Below are positions 20,598 to 34,700 of a stretch of DNA of 64,000 nt, in pieces. This DNA is from Amphiscolops sp. MND2022 (taxonomy: Eukaryota). The stretch is taken from contig OZ076413.1 of the NCBI GenBank assembly GCA_964187785.1, forward strand, positions 48,548,001 to 48,612,000, written 5' to 3'. The notes beneath the pieces are model-generated. The model had not been told where the DNA came from and made no database searches. It saw only the letters and a list, made by a program, of their open reading frames with translations. How positions within the stretch are numbered: the first letter of the stretch is position 1; every line of letters begins with the position of its first letter. Made by a program: the position numbers and the translations under genes.

Positions 20598-21045
20598 TCC
20601 ACCATCAAAGTTTAGCAGATTGCAGCAGGGCTTTGGGTATATCGCATGTACTGCGATTAATGCAAAATTATCAAGGACTATACATAACTAACCTTTGAAA
20701 AAATTCCAAATAAAATAAAATCAGGTTTAAGCCAGTTTCCACCACACGCAGAAACTTTTTTCCTCCGCATTCGCCGCTCAACGTTTGTTCCTTTAGCTCA
20801 TGGACTGTTCTTTTAGAACTCGAAAAGTCGAACGAGTGCAGCCGAAAATAAACCTATAGGAGAACCAATGACCCCATTCAATTGCAGGAGCTAATACACG
20901 TAGAGACGGAGAAATCAAATTTCAGTATTTGATTTTATTCATTCACACTTTTAACCAATTAAAATGAGGATAGCTAAAAAGCCGCAGATCACTTTCATAA
21001 AAACTTACTTCGAGCGAAAACGTAGTATGTAGTCTTGCCATGAAA

Positions 21046-21540
21046 TAACAAGCCAGCGTGTGAAAACTCGCCAAGTTTGTGAAAACTCCAGCTGGTTGCA
21101 AAAAACTTGAAAAAAATTGAAGGGGGGACCCTTTGGAGACATGAAAAAATTTCCCGAAAAATTTTTTAATGAGATTTTTGAACAGTGTCACAGTGCCGAA
21201 AAATGTAAAAGGGGGGACCCTTTGCGATTTTTTGACATCCATTGTGTTGCAAAATATCGAAACAAATGAAGAGGGACCCTCTGGTGCAATCCAAAAAACT
21301 TCAAAAAAAGTGCTGAAAAAAAGTGGGGGCAAAGGTGTGTTTTCGAGGTTATGGACGTCTCTTTTGTTTTTTCTTTTCGTTTTGGACGCGCTTCTGAGGT
21401 TGGAGTTGTTGAGGTTTGAAGTTGTTGAAGTTTGAGGTTGTTGAACAAATGAACAAAAAAGTGGACCTTTCGTGTCTAAAAAAAAAACTACCCACTGTAA
21501 TAGTCGGGCACATTTTCTACTAAAATGCGCCGACTAAAAA
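21046..21540 (-). mobile_element. HINE-like dispersed repeat (AAGGGGGACCC family)
   Basis: Ends TAGTCGGGCACATTTT-CTACT-AAAATGCGCCGACTAAAAA; highly similar to the reverse complement of 61033-61420. A second copy follows at about 21610-22088. Confidence 0.75.
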
Positions 21541-22775
21541 CCTCATATTTAACGCAGCTGTCCTCGTTAATCGCTGAACTAGGAAATCAAAAAATTTTCC
21601 GAAACTAAGTAACAAAGTGGAAACATACCAACTCAGCGCCATGCTCAAGGTTCAAAAAGATTTTAGATATTCGAAGTATTTTCAATATGCAAAGGGGCAA
21701 GTATTGTGAAAATTTATCAATAGTACAATTCCGAAGAATAGCCGAAGGGGGGTGGGTACCCATGAGACTCGAAAGTTCCTTTTCACCTAACTGGAAAATT
21801 AAATAAAACATTGAATAAATTTTCGCAAAATTTGTTTTCAAACAAGTCGCATAATGCCAAAAAATCCAAACGTAGACCCTTTAGGCTCGCAAAACGATTT
21901 TTCCAAACCAAAAACATTCAAAATACGAAGGGGTACACTTTACCAAACGACTTTTTTCCTTTGGTCTCGTTTACCTTCGACAGAATTAACTGGAACCACT
22001 AGGACAAGTCAAATTACAGTTCCCTGGTCTTTAAAAAAGAAAAGCAAGTATGGTTTGCGTTTTTCACAGAAGCGCCGACAAAAAAAACAGATGCAAAAAA
22101 AGTTCTGCAAACGGGCTATTTTCATCAAAATTGTTTGCTTGCCAAAAAAAAGTTTTTACTCAGAACTATTTTTATTCGAACGACAAAAAAATCTGACATT
22201 CAAGATCAGAGACACTCAAAAACTCTAGCAGAACATCCTAATATCGTTCAAAGGATGTCAAAATGTTTGGCAACTACCAGATTTCACGTAAAATTCCGCG
22301 ACTGGACGACAGCGAATTAGTTTGGGAACCCGAAAAAAAAATCGAGTCGCTGAAAACTCGTATCTCGAAGCTATGGTGGAATGTACTCCATTTTATGACT
22401 TCTTGTCTGACATAACTGGCCTATGAGTCTCCGATGCTCGTAGGGAAGCATAGAAATACTCATGAGAGCACCAGAGTTTTCGCATCAGGTGGCAGATGAA
22501 ATTGGATTCATACCATATGGTTCAGTATACTGCAACTTTTCTCCAGAAATGTTTAAAAGGGGTTCAGTTGTTTCGATCTACATATTAAGAACTTCGGTTA
22601 CGCTTCGTTGGGAATCATCTTGATAATGAATATTTCAATTGAAAAACTTGATTCTCAATTTTGTTTTCAGCTACTATATCTACTCTATTTTATTTACAGA
22701 TTTGAAAGTGGCAATAACAAGTTTATCATTTTTACTATCAAATTATTTGTCATTTAGTGAGTTGAATGATTTATT

Positions 22776-25700
22776 CTATTCTTCACCGGTCGGTGGATCT
22801 GGTAAATGAAGACGCTCTCTGAGAGTGCTCTCGAAACTGACAGGTCCCGTATGGGTTCCAGATCCAACTGCTAGTTGGGACGACAGGTTATGTAAGCCCT
22901 CTGACATGGATGCAAGGTGAGAGGACATGGCCGACAGACGAGAGTGAACACCGATTCGGTTACTCCTGACTATACGAGGAAGCTGGTAAGTGCTCTCCCG
23001 TTCGGTAGTGACTCCCACACTGTTGGAAGAAGAGCCAGGCACAGCTGAGACACCGTCCATGGCATCTGATACAGACGAGACACCACCCAACCTAATATGG
23101 GCAAAAATCAATATCAAAAGTAACCAGCGTTGTTGCAGGCGACGAACCAGACCTTCCAGGCTTACCAAATTTCAAGGTAAAATCTGATTGGTTGCGGAGA
23201 CAGAAAAAGATATTCTGGAAGTTGGTGTTTTTAGAGTATCAACCCTCCCCCCATTGGAAAAATCACATCTTATTGGCTCAAAAATTCATTTTAAACATCA
23301 CAGCATGCGAAAACCCCGGGAAACGGTAAGAATTACAGACAGATTCGCCACGGTGAAATTTGCTATACCGACCGGTTTCGAGAGTCGTCGTCAGCAACAA
23401 CTGAAGTAGCTCTCTCGGATTGAACTGGATCGTCGGGTCCATCTATGTCGAGGGGCATGGCTATTCTGGCGTACTCGTCAGAGTCTATAGATTTGCAGAA
23501 GTGGATCGCGTACTTGAGCTTCTCGACCAACACTGGCTTGCACGAATAGTCAGGCAGTTTAAGGAGGAAGAAGCACGTGTACGATTCGGGCAAGTAGTGA
23601 TCTGGTGGTTGGAATTTATCCAGTACCTGAAACATACTTGTTGTTAATGACTAATTAATTCGAACTCACAAACTACTTTTCCCTAACTTTTGATTTCTTT
23701 TTATCTTGTTTTAACTTTGTTCACATGGTTTTGACTTTGATACTGAACAGTTAATTGACGAATAGAACCTAATGAATTTTATTCACTTGTATTTACCTGC
23801 GATCACTCAATATTTTAAATTTAAATTTATGCATTATGCATTCAATTTTTGCATCCGCTTTTGCAAAAACTACAATTTGAAACACATGGTGATACAATGG
23901 TCAGTTGAACTTCTTTAATCTCCCTCCATCTTGACTATCGTGCGAGAGCAACTTTCTTTTCGCAATCAATGTCAATGGTTTAATTTGTAAACTTTGTCAA
24001 CGAAATCTCTTGTATTTACTTTTGCCAATGACTAACTTGAATGACGAAATCTCGGCCTCTGAAATCGGCAATGGTTCTGGGCAATCGGGTTCTGCCCCAC
24101 ACGAATCTCAAGAAGAGCGATCTTTCTCTGTCTGTGAACTCCTCCATCAGCTCCCAGAACCATTTAATGAGGGGAGCGTTGTGAGATATGCCCTTGTAGG
24201 TAACGACTGACCTCAACAGGTTCACAGAGATCTCAGGCCTCCCACATACAAGAGTCTCCAGCTCCGGCCCAGTGAATAGAGAGAGCAGAGGCACCGGAAC
24301 AACTCTGCCAATTCCTTCTCTGACCAGACCCACAGATTCGTCAAACTCGTGCAATCTAGTAACACAAAATGATGTTATAACAGCAGCTCAAAGTTCGACA
24401 TTAGCCTGTTTCGTTTGAAGGGCTGAGTTATACTTGCGTTTCGCACAAACACAACTCTACCGTAGAAATTTTTGACGAGGAAAACCATTTTTTGATGGTT
24501 CACAGGAGGATTCTTCTTTATACGTCAATTGCGATACATTCCGTTCAATGCAGACATTTTGCAGACGAATCTGAAATCATTTAATATTGTCATAACTTCA
24601 CTGCACCTGTAATTGATAGCTTGGACGATATACTGATGTGCATTGGCAGTGGTGACTTTTTCGAACTCCTTCGAAAGTGATTTGGACTCTCCGGTTGCAC
24701 TGACAACAGAGAAAACCATGTCTAGAGACTGCAGTTCATCTTCTTCCTCTTGTTCAATTGGCGAGTCTTCACGCGCTTCTTCCCGAGGGGTAAAGAAAGG
24801 GTCGCTCGCACTGCTTTGCTCCAATAGACCTCGGATGTACATCAGACCAGGAATGAAACTTTTGTCTATCTGGAACGACAAACCAAAGCTTCATTTGAGG
24901 GAAAGACTCGGTTATTCAGAATTCGCGTCAGTAAGGCATCGATTGAATGAATAAAAAGTTTTTTCCTAACCTCCGTTAAGTCTGCTAATGTAAGTGGCAT
25001 TCCAGCCAATTGCTTCCACGTTGGTTCAGCCAAGTTCAGAGACAAGGGACTTCCGGTTCTAATAGCTATTCCCATCAAGATTCCCAGGAAACGCAGGTAT
25101 TGAGCTGAGTTCTAAAACGCAAAGCTATAATATTATTCTGACTTGAGAGATCTAATAATGCAAAAACTGAGTTATCGCTCTATTTGAAACTTTTGCCGTC
25201 ATGTTTTCGAGCTGAATGTATTTTTATTTGTCCAAAATCATTTTCTTACCGTTAGTTTAGGATTTGGGTTGAGGATGAGACAATCTTGGTTAGAGCCTAG
25301 CTCGTCTCTGCCATTCGGTGTCTGAATGAATAAAGGTAAGTACTGGCGTCTGTCAGCCTCGACAAGCTCTTCACACATCTCAGCGATTGATTCACTGTAC
25401 CCACCTCCACAATCATCAACACTCTCCCCGATAAACTTCACCTTCCAAGCCCGGTGAGGGAGGAACAGGGAATGTTCTTGAGTGTAGTCAATCACATTCA
25501 CAGCCGCTTGGGCAAATACAGTTTTGGCTGCCAAAGAATCCATGTTGGATGACATTTCCAGAGATGATGACGCAGATGCAAGTTCAGATGCATTTGCATA
25601 GCTATTGCTTAATTGAGTCACTAGTTTTTTGTTTTTGAGAAGCATCCGATTCAGTTCCAAAATGGGTCCATGATTTCTATGACGCACCATTGTTGCTTGT

Positions 25701-28700
25701 ACAACTTTCTTGAAAGAAGACTCCTTGCCTCCTGAGAAAATGATTCCTCGCAGGCTGGTGAAGGGCGATGAAGGACTGAGGTCTATCATATGCAAGCATG
25801 AGCAGAAGAGGTCACTGAAGTGTCGCAGAAGCACCAGTCGGTTTTTGAGGCAGTTGATTCCTCCGGCAACTGATTGTAACAAATTGTACTCCATGGGGAT
25901 CTCAGTCGGGCCCAGAACCTCCGAATCACTCGCGGGTGATGGAGGTTTGTTAGTAGACCAAGCCAGAGAGTGAGCAGAGCCACTAGAGATTTTGTTAATG
26001 TTCTTATCTGAAAGCAAACTATCAAGGATTATCAAAACGTCCAACAGAAAAGATTGAGAGAAACGAAACGTTTAGCCCAGAGATCTTTTCGGGGAACTAA
26101 CGAGGTTATGTCATGGTGGCGAGTTTATCCCAATACAGTCAATTCCCCCTATAGCAAAGCTTCTTATACGTGAATTGTGATTGAAAACAATCCACCAGAA
26201 CATTTCATTGCGGCATTTTCGTTCGGCCGGTCTCAATTCTCATCACTGTATTCGAATTATCTGAGTGCTTACTATCCACGTAACTGACCGCAGATACAAA
26301 TAACTTTCATAAATTGCCTTTAATCAAGATCAACAAAATGTAGTCACCTTATTTTCTTTCCAAACGATAGAAAAGCTTTCAGACCCATACAACAGTTATT
26401 CATGGCCTCTTAGTAATATTAGTTAAAAAAGCACCAATGTTCCTATTAATACCTTGCAGAGCCATGACTACTCGGGGTCTCTGTACAGCATTAGTGGTTC
26501 CATCCCCTTGTTGACCCTCGTCATTGTCTCCCCATGTGAACACTTCCCCGGTGCTAGTGACCGCCACACAATGCAGAGATCCAGTGGCTATGTCAACAAC
26601 CTTCTTGCCCGCAAAAGCTGCCACTTTCTTTGGTTTTCTCACATGCTCGTCAGTTCCATGTCCTAGTCTATGATAATCTCCTTTGCCCCTAAACAAGGCA
26701 TTCATTTAGTCCAACGTCGGTAGGTAAAAAAAACACAGAAAACTCAAAGGCCACTGATTTTTGAGACTAAGAAAAACTTCTCGATCAATATTTAAAATTG
26801 GTACGAACAAAAGATATATAAACTGTTCTAAGGGAATTCAAATAGTTGTATGAAACTATTTTTTACTACAGAAATGACATCTTCACTGCTGAACTTGCTC
26901 AAAGATAGATGTTAGAAATCATAATTAAACAAACCAAGTGTAGACAGATCCATAGCTGGAGAGTGCCACTGAAAACTGAGATCCGCAATCAACTTTGATT
27001 ATCCCTACTCCATTCAAGCAGTCCACTCTTTGTGGGGTTTTGCAGCCATCGGAACCTCCACGGCCAAGCTTGCCATAATCTCCATCGCCCCAGGACCACA
27101 CACAGTCGTCTGAAGTTATACACAGTGTCTGTGCATCACCGCTTCCACATGCAACTTGAATCACTTCGTAAGCTTGGAGGGCTTCTACCAGTTTAGGGCG
27201 GTAATGATCATCACTATCACCATGGCCAAGACGTCCGTATCGACCTTTCCCCCAGGTATAAAGTTTTCCGTTGTCAGCTATACATGCACTATGTGACCCA
27301 CCACAAGCAATATCGGTCACAACATGACCTCGCAAGGATTCGATGGTTCTAGGTTTGTCACAAGCAGTACTCGCACTTCCATGCCCAAGTTTTCCGTCAT
27401 CTGGCTCACCCCATGAAAATACTTCGCCATCTAGGGTGAGTGCCAGAGAATGACGACCCCCAGAATTGACAGCCACTTTGGTCACATGGATATGCTGCAA
27501 ACTTTCCAGCAGAGTTGGAACAGCAACTGAGTCATTGTGTCCCAAACCAAGACGACCGTTGGCACCATACCCAGTGACATACACCTGAAAACATCTCAAT
27601 CAAGCAAATTGTCACCTTTTATAGAGCCCTATTAATGAAGCAAAATATAACTAACGGGTTACAATTCGTATTTCTGCTAATTTGTACAACTTGACAATTT
27701 GTACAGTCATGTCACTTCGCGTACGTACATTTATAATCTTAACGCTGATAAAATTGCTACTTAGAGCTTGCGTCTCGTCTTGAGTTCAGTTTGTAAACAT
27801 TTTAGAGGCCATTTTGCAGACCCATTCATCTATGATAACTAGGGCAACCAAGAAGGGCAAAAGGGGCAAAAAAAGGCAGAAATATGGGATAGGGGCAAAA
27901 ATTTTAATAAAAGGCAAAAAGGACTTCGAAATGTCAAAGTATTGGTGAATTGGGGACCCTTTTATGAAAAAAGTCTCACAAAGCCGAAAAAATTGAAGGG
28001 GGGACCCTTTGGGGATATTTTTTTCGTAAAAAATGTCCCACAATGCCGAAAAATCTCAAATGTGGGATCCTTTAGTCTCGCCCGGTATTGAATGTTACGC
28101 GGAAAAAAACGAAAAACATTTTGATTCTGTTCGCTAGACCAAATGGTTCAATTTGACACCAGAAAATTTTGTAGAACTTTTGGTAGAACTATTTTGTTCA
28201 CTTCAGATGTATCGAAAAAAAATTAAAAAATTTAAAAAAAACACTGACGAAAAGCCATGACTAGGGCAACCAAAAATGGGGTAAAGGGCAAATGGGGCTA
28301 TAGTCGGCTCTTTTCAAGAATCATCTTTTCAAACATCACCAGATTCCTGCAAAAATCACAAATACGGCACAACAGACTAAGGAAACATCAGGCGTCAGTG
28401 TCATCGAGTCTCGGACTTGCAAGGTGGCAAAGTATGCAAAATATGCAAACTTCTGAGTTTCCTCATCTCTTGGGCCATTTTTCATCGAAATTTTATCATC
28501 AGTTGCTGGACGTTACAGGACTTATTGAAAATTATCAGTGGGAGAATGTTGGTAACCTGGCAGTGCTTGCGCAAATAAGAACCTCTCTCGGATCGTCGGC
28601 AGACAAGGAGCGAACATTTAGCAAACTCAACAAGATGCTAGTCAAGGACTATAATTTGATGTTACAAATATCGAGAATTACATTTGCATTTATTGTAACA

Positions 28701-31700
28701 TTTCACTTTAATAAGCGAATTTGACTTTTTTGTTAAATCCTCCTTTTCAAACGCGTGCCGATGAAGGGCAAATTAGGGGCAAAATTTAAAATAAAGGGCG
28801 GCAAATAAAGAGCAAAATTTTAAAAAATAATGGGCAAATCGCGGTTGCCTTAATGATAACATTAAAAGGACTGAATATATACGAACCTTTCCATCGCTGG
28901 TGACGCAGAACAATGTCTGTTCACCGCCTTGAATCTGCACTGGCCTCAAAGCAGTTATGGTCTCACACACAGTCGGTTCTTTGACCTTTGACCCTCCAAC
29001 TCCACCCAGCTGACCTCTGTGGTTGTGACCCCACCCAAACACAGTACCTATTCCCCCAGTTACACCACATGCAATGGCTCTCCAATCATCGGGTTTGCGA
29101 TTAACCCAATGTACCAGCAGTTCATCTTGTCGCAAAGTGAAATTCTCGTTCTCTTCGTGGTCCAGCAGCTCTTTTTCAACCCCACATGAAAATGACTCTT
29201 CTGGGTTGGCTGCATGGCCAAGATCAAACACCTTGTAGAAAAGATGTGATAAATCATGCGCATTGACAAATTAGTGTCCTTAGATATTTCTGAAATGTAT
29301 GGCCTGCCATCAAAATTCCGGAAACAATTACATGAACACAGAAAGTCACAAGGAGCCATTGTAGAACAATTTAATTATTCTGACATAATACGGACAACTT
29401 ATTAACACAGAGTAGAAGCATCGCTTCGCATAAACTTGAGTAGGGCTCACAATTGCAAGCTTAACTGGATGGAAGAGAAACGAGGAAAATTTCAATGCAC
29501 GGATGTATTTGAGTTCAAAAGATTCAAAAGGAGCGACAAAAACATACAAAATTTTCTGGAACTCGAAAACTGATTTTTTCTAGACTGAGTAGAACTGAGA
29601 AAAATAGCGACACAAATAGACTAAGAATTTCATAATTAGAAGCCGCGACTCGAAAATTATTGCAGTTTGTGAACATTGACTGAACGGTTCACTATCAATT
29701 CATGCTACATTCATTTCATCTCACGTTCATGTCAAACACGGGCAAGCAACGACGCATACTCAAGAATCTCCCGAAAAGTTGTCCCCCAAAAAAAGTGGCT
29801 ACAATTAAGTAAAACATTTTTTGATCGTATGACTAGTCAGTTGGTAAAATGTTCATGTTCTAGATACACGGAAACCAATGGCTCGGATTTGTATTGACAT
29901 GCCCACTTCATATCAATTATGCAAACAACTGGCAATTGGCAAATCAGCTGCTCAAGGTCTCTCCACTTCTAGTGGAAACCCAATATTAGAACTTTTCAAA
30001 CCAAATTCGTGGGAGAAGCTTAGTCTTAAGTCAAGCCATTTGTCGAACATGAGCAGCCACTCGTATTTCTAACCTTTCTGCGCACTTCATCAACAAACTG
30101 AATAGGCAGCACGGTCCTGTCAATGAGGGCATACGATGTGCGATACGTGACGGCAAATCGTTTCAGCCATGCCCATTTGTGAACACACAACGGCGAATTA
30201 TCCAGTTCTATTTCAGCAGCCAGAGCTAAAAGTTCCTGAAACAAAATATAGATCACACAGATAGAAAAAATTGCGATAAAGAACAATCAGACGCTCCACT
30301 TAAAATTCAATTAGGTCAAAATTCAAATGAAACATGCGCCAGGTTTCATTTTGAAACACAGGTCTTGAAGTCAAAAATCCCAGATTGATTGAATTTTCCT
30401 TCAATGAGAATAAAATGTTGTGCCATCTTCTCGATGTCGAGTTATTTTTTATCAAAATTGGTAACCGCAAATTGACCTGCGGGTTTTTCAACAAAATTGA
30501 TGGGAAAATTACTTTATTTTAAAGTTCTAAGAGCATACTTTGAAGTAGGAACTGTGCATGAGATATTTTCCTTCTTTGACTTCAGGGTCTTCGTACTCAT
30601 ACTGTCTCAGCAGAGCATCAGGAAGTGCCTTGATGAGGGCCTGGAACGCAGTGGGTACTGAGTTGCCAACGAAAGTGCTGGTTGGACTTTCTTGACTGCT
30701 GTCTCGCATCAATGTCTGAACTGACACTCTCAAAGAATCACTCTGACAAATGAGTCGTCTAAGAGTCCTCAAAGACCACAGTCGATGCATTGATCCTGCA
30801 AAAAGTGAACGTGTAGAAATGAAAAATGTTCCAATTAACTTTCACGTGGAAGGTAATGATTTTTTCCGACAGTTCAAAGACTTACAAGCATAGATTGTTT
30901 TATATCGGTTGGCTGTTACATGTGAGAATCCACTTCCATTCATTCAAACACAACGTTTGGAAAGTTCAATAACTAACCAAGATGAGACAGCTGAGCACAG
31001 GATGCCAATGCCAGAGCCAACTTGGCCACCAAATTCTCTTCGACCATGGACACAATGAGACAGCCGTTATCCAGTAGATGCTTCACCACTTCGAAGCAAG
31101 GATGACTCAAGGCTTGTCTGTCGCTCACCAACAGGGCATTCGATAGGTGACTCAGAGACACGGTGGACACAGGCCCCTTACTCAATGCGCTTCCTCCTCC
31201 CGGCGATGGGAAAACCATGAAGCACCAGCCCCAGTGTCGTCCTTCATCCACGTCCATTGTGTTTGGGTTTTGCAGGTTCACATTGCTAGTAGCTGAAAAC
31301 CTCCATTTCAAAGTGTCCCCGATTACACAAATTTCAGCATTCCAGTCTGCATAGACACGTCCTGATAGCTGTTCTATGATGTTATTCTGGCCGTCCATTA
31401 GTGTTAAAGTGTCCATATTTGGTTCCGTGTAGCATTTGAAGTCAAATTGAACTCTTAACGACTTGGCACCTGGGATTGTTACAACACCTGCCGAATGGCT
31501 GTCGGTTCTGTAAGGATGCTCCGATTCCTGGATCACAGGCTGCATCAACATCCCAGAGTTAGATCCCCGAAGTTCCGGGGCACCCGAGTTGGAATCAGAC
31601 GGACTGGCTACAATTTCTTCCAAAATGGAAACACACGAGTCTGCAATACTGTCAGCTACGAGGGGATAACTTCTTGCCAGCAAGGACAAAGCTTGACTCA

Positions 31701-34700
31701 GAACATTTTTGTAAGAACACGCAGACGGTGAGGGAATTACCAAACGGAGGAAGTTTATAATACTATTGCAATCATAGACAATGTTCTGCATGAATGGTTG
31801 CACAGAATCAGGTGACAAAAAGGAAACAGATTTCGAAACTTGAGATCTAGTTCTTCGTTTCTGAATATCAGTAGCAGACATCCCAAGCTGATCAACACTT
31901 GTAATTGTCTCCGGTTGAATTCCAGCCATCTTTTCCATAATCTTTGCCTTCTTTTGAGCTTCAACTAGTTGAGATTCAGTCTCGAAAGAATCATCATGTT
32001 CAACATCTGTCATGAAATGAGAGCTTTCATCTAGCGATACGCTCTCGGTTGATTCTTTCGATTTTATGGCACATGAAACGAGTTCCCGGCAACAGAGGAT
32101 TCTAAGAGTTTGCATCGCGTGGTTGATAGCTTTTAGTTTGGCCGGTTGAGACTCGAGGGACAGAAATATTTGAGACAACGGGGGAGGCTGTGTCACTCCT
32201 GGTTTGACTGATGAAATACTGCTTGAGTCAGCTGATTCATTTGCAGCCATCTCTTGCAAACCCAACGCCCACAAATTGCACCCTGCAGCACATTATTCTT
32301 TTACTGCCTTTTACCGATATATGATAAAAAATCTCATCTAAATGCAGAATGAGTGAAAATTGGATATGATATAGTGAAAGTAAAAAGCCAATGTCTTAAC
32401 TAACCAATAACGTAAAAAATTTCTTTGTGGACGTAAAACTTCAAACTTAGCTGGTGGGAAAAAATCCTTTCTTTCAACCTCTGTCAAAAATTTTACATTT
32501 GAAAATTCCGAAGTCAAAAAAGCCAGCATGACGCATGCTTTGTAGATTGCTAGAAAGTGGAACCTAGTTCAGATATTCCGAGTGGGTCTTGCTTTGTGGC
32601 GAAGGGTACAGGCTGTAGCATAGCTGGGAAAAGGGGTTTGTTGTCAACAGCCCAGGCAACACTGTGTGACGACCCACATGCCACGTCTGTCAGTTTGATG
32701 TCGTCCGTTATTCCTTGGATCTGAACAAAAACCACCAAAAACCTCATCATCAAATAGCACAAACTTTGCTAGAAGATAATTTTGGTTAATTATCTTTGGG
32801 AAATCAGAAACCCTACATTCAGTATTTATGATATATTACCGCTAAGATCCCAACATTCATCGTTCTGTTATTCTGTTTCAATTAGAACTAAATAGTGGAT
32901 ATTTGAAAATCATATGAATGGAGGAACCATATAACTGATGTCTGCAAAAACAATCAATGGCAAACGTAATGATGTTTCGCCAGTTAGGATTGCTGTTTAC
33001 CTTGACAGGTACTTTGTTGCATGCATGAGAGGAATTGCCCTGCTGGTAGTGGTCGTTGTCCCCCCACGCAAACACTTCCCCCTGGTCGGTGAGGGCGAGA
33101 CAGTGCAGAGCACCCACTGCCACCCTGGTCACCTTCTTGCCCACTAGACTCTCTACCCTCTTGGGGGCCCTCACGTGCGAGTTATCTCCATGGCCCAATC
33201 TGTAGTAGTCCCCTTTGCCCCTAAAACATCTCCTATTTGAGGAACGAATTTACTTCTTAAAAGCGCTCCCATAACACCTAATTTGGAAGTTTTTGAAGCC
33301 ACGTCTTCTGTCGTAATTTTGTTTCGGCCAGGGAAGGGCCAAAGTATAATGGGAATGTAATACAGCGTGGTCATGCTAAATCATTATACGAGTTGGGTAA
33401 GAGCCAAAAATTAATTCTAGAGGACAAAAAATCCCATTGAAAAATTTTGATGATGCAACAACCATTGAAAAGAAAACAAAATCTCAACACTGGAACCTGA
33501 AAGTTCTAAAATGAATCATTTCATTAATAATTTTCAAAATTCTCTTTATTAGGAAAAAAATCGCAGTTTATACTAGACAAATATTGAAAGTGAATCCCAC
33601 AACAGGCACATGCCACAGTTCAAATCTTGAATTTCTTTTCTTTAGAGAGGGTTGAAGTTCGTAATAGAGCTGGGAGGAAGTCTTTGCGCCTCCTCCATTT
33701 TACGTCAAATGAAAGACTGCGTTTTCATTGGATATAATCATTTTCAAAATAGTACTTAGCCCTAGCAGTAAAATCTATATATTACATAAATACATGATAA
33801 TTAGTCTACCCTCTTCTTATACGGACCGCGCGTACTGAAACCGGGGTTTGGTGTTGTAAGAGAAGAGACTTTTTTGCCCTTATTACATGGAGGGCGTGTC
33901 AGTGAAAAGAGTTTGGGTGTCAGTACGCTGCAAGCTGCAGAGCCCCTTACAGTGTCAATAACCGTCCTATAAAATAAATTTGGAAAACATCAGTAAGTAG
34001 GAGGGTAATTTACAAATTATGTAAACTCTTTGGATTTCAACGATGAGTCACGACATGAACAACTTCAAAATCACAATCAAAACTACTACTTGAGCTCATT
34101 CTGGATTTGAAAACTAACTCTAAACTGACGAACTATTTATTCAATGATTTTCCACTTTGAGAAAACTTGATGAAATTGAAGCATATTGAATAACGATTAC
34201 ATTGAATAGAAAAGGATAGACCCTGATTGATTGGAACGGTCTATCATTTCTTTACTGTTCTTTTGCAATTGAATATCCAGACCTACCAATCAATCTGGGC
34301 CGCTCTAAACGAGCCAAGAGCAAGTGAAAGAAAATCAAAAGGCAAAGACGCCCAAAGATTTTATAAATTAGGACAATGTATCTCTCATAATAATTAGTTA
34401 GTTGCTTGAGCATTAAGTATTCCGGATCTCTTTCACTATGTCCCCCTTTTTGTGTCCTTCCACTATGCCCTCCTGTATTCGTTTTCATTTGCAAATCTCC
34501 CAGGCTATTCTGTCAATCAATTGATCTCTTCATCGACACTTTTAATTAACTCTTATCAAAATTCCCACTTAGCCAATCAGAAGCATTGAACCTTCACACA
34601 TGTATTTGAGAGCGTTTCACTTTGTCCTCCCTTTATGCTATAGAGGGCATAGTAAAAGAGATCCTGTTTCCTTTGGAGTACCGCTCCAGGATGTTCTTCG

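Noticed and set aside
20943..22320. Lys/Phe-rich ORFs here and at 38592-39247, 51828-53240, 54720-55474 and 62720-63030
   Set aside because: Chance translations of HINE repeat sequence.
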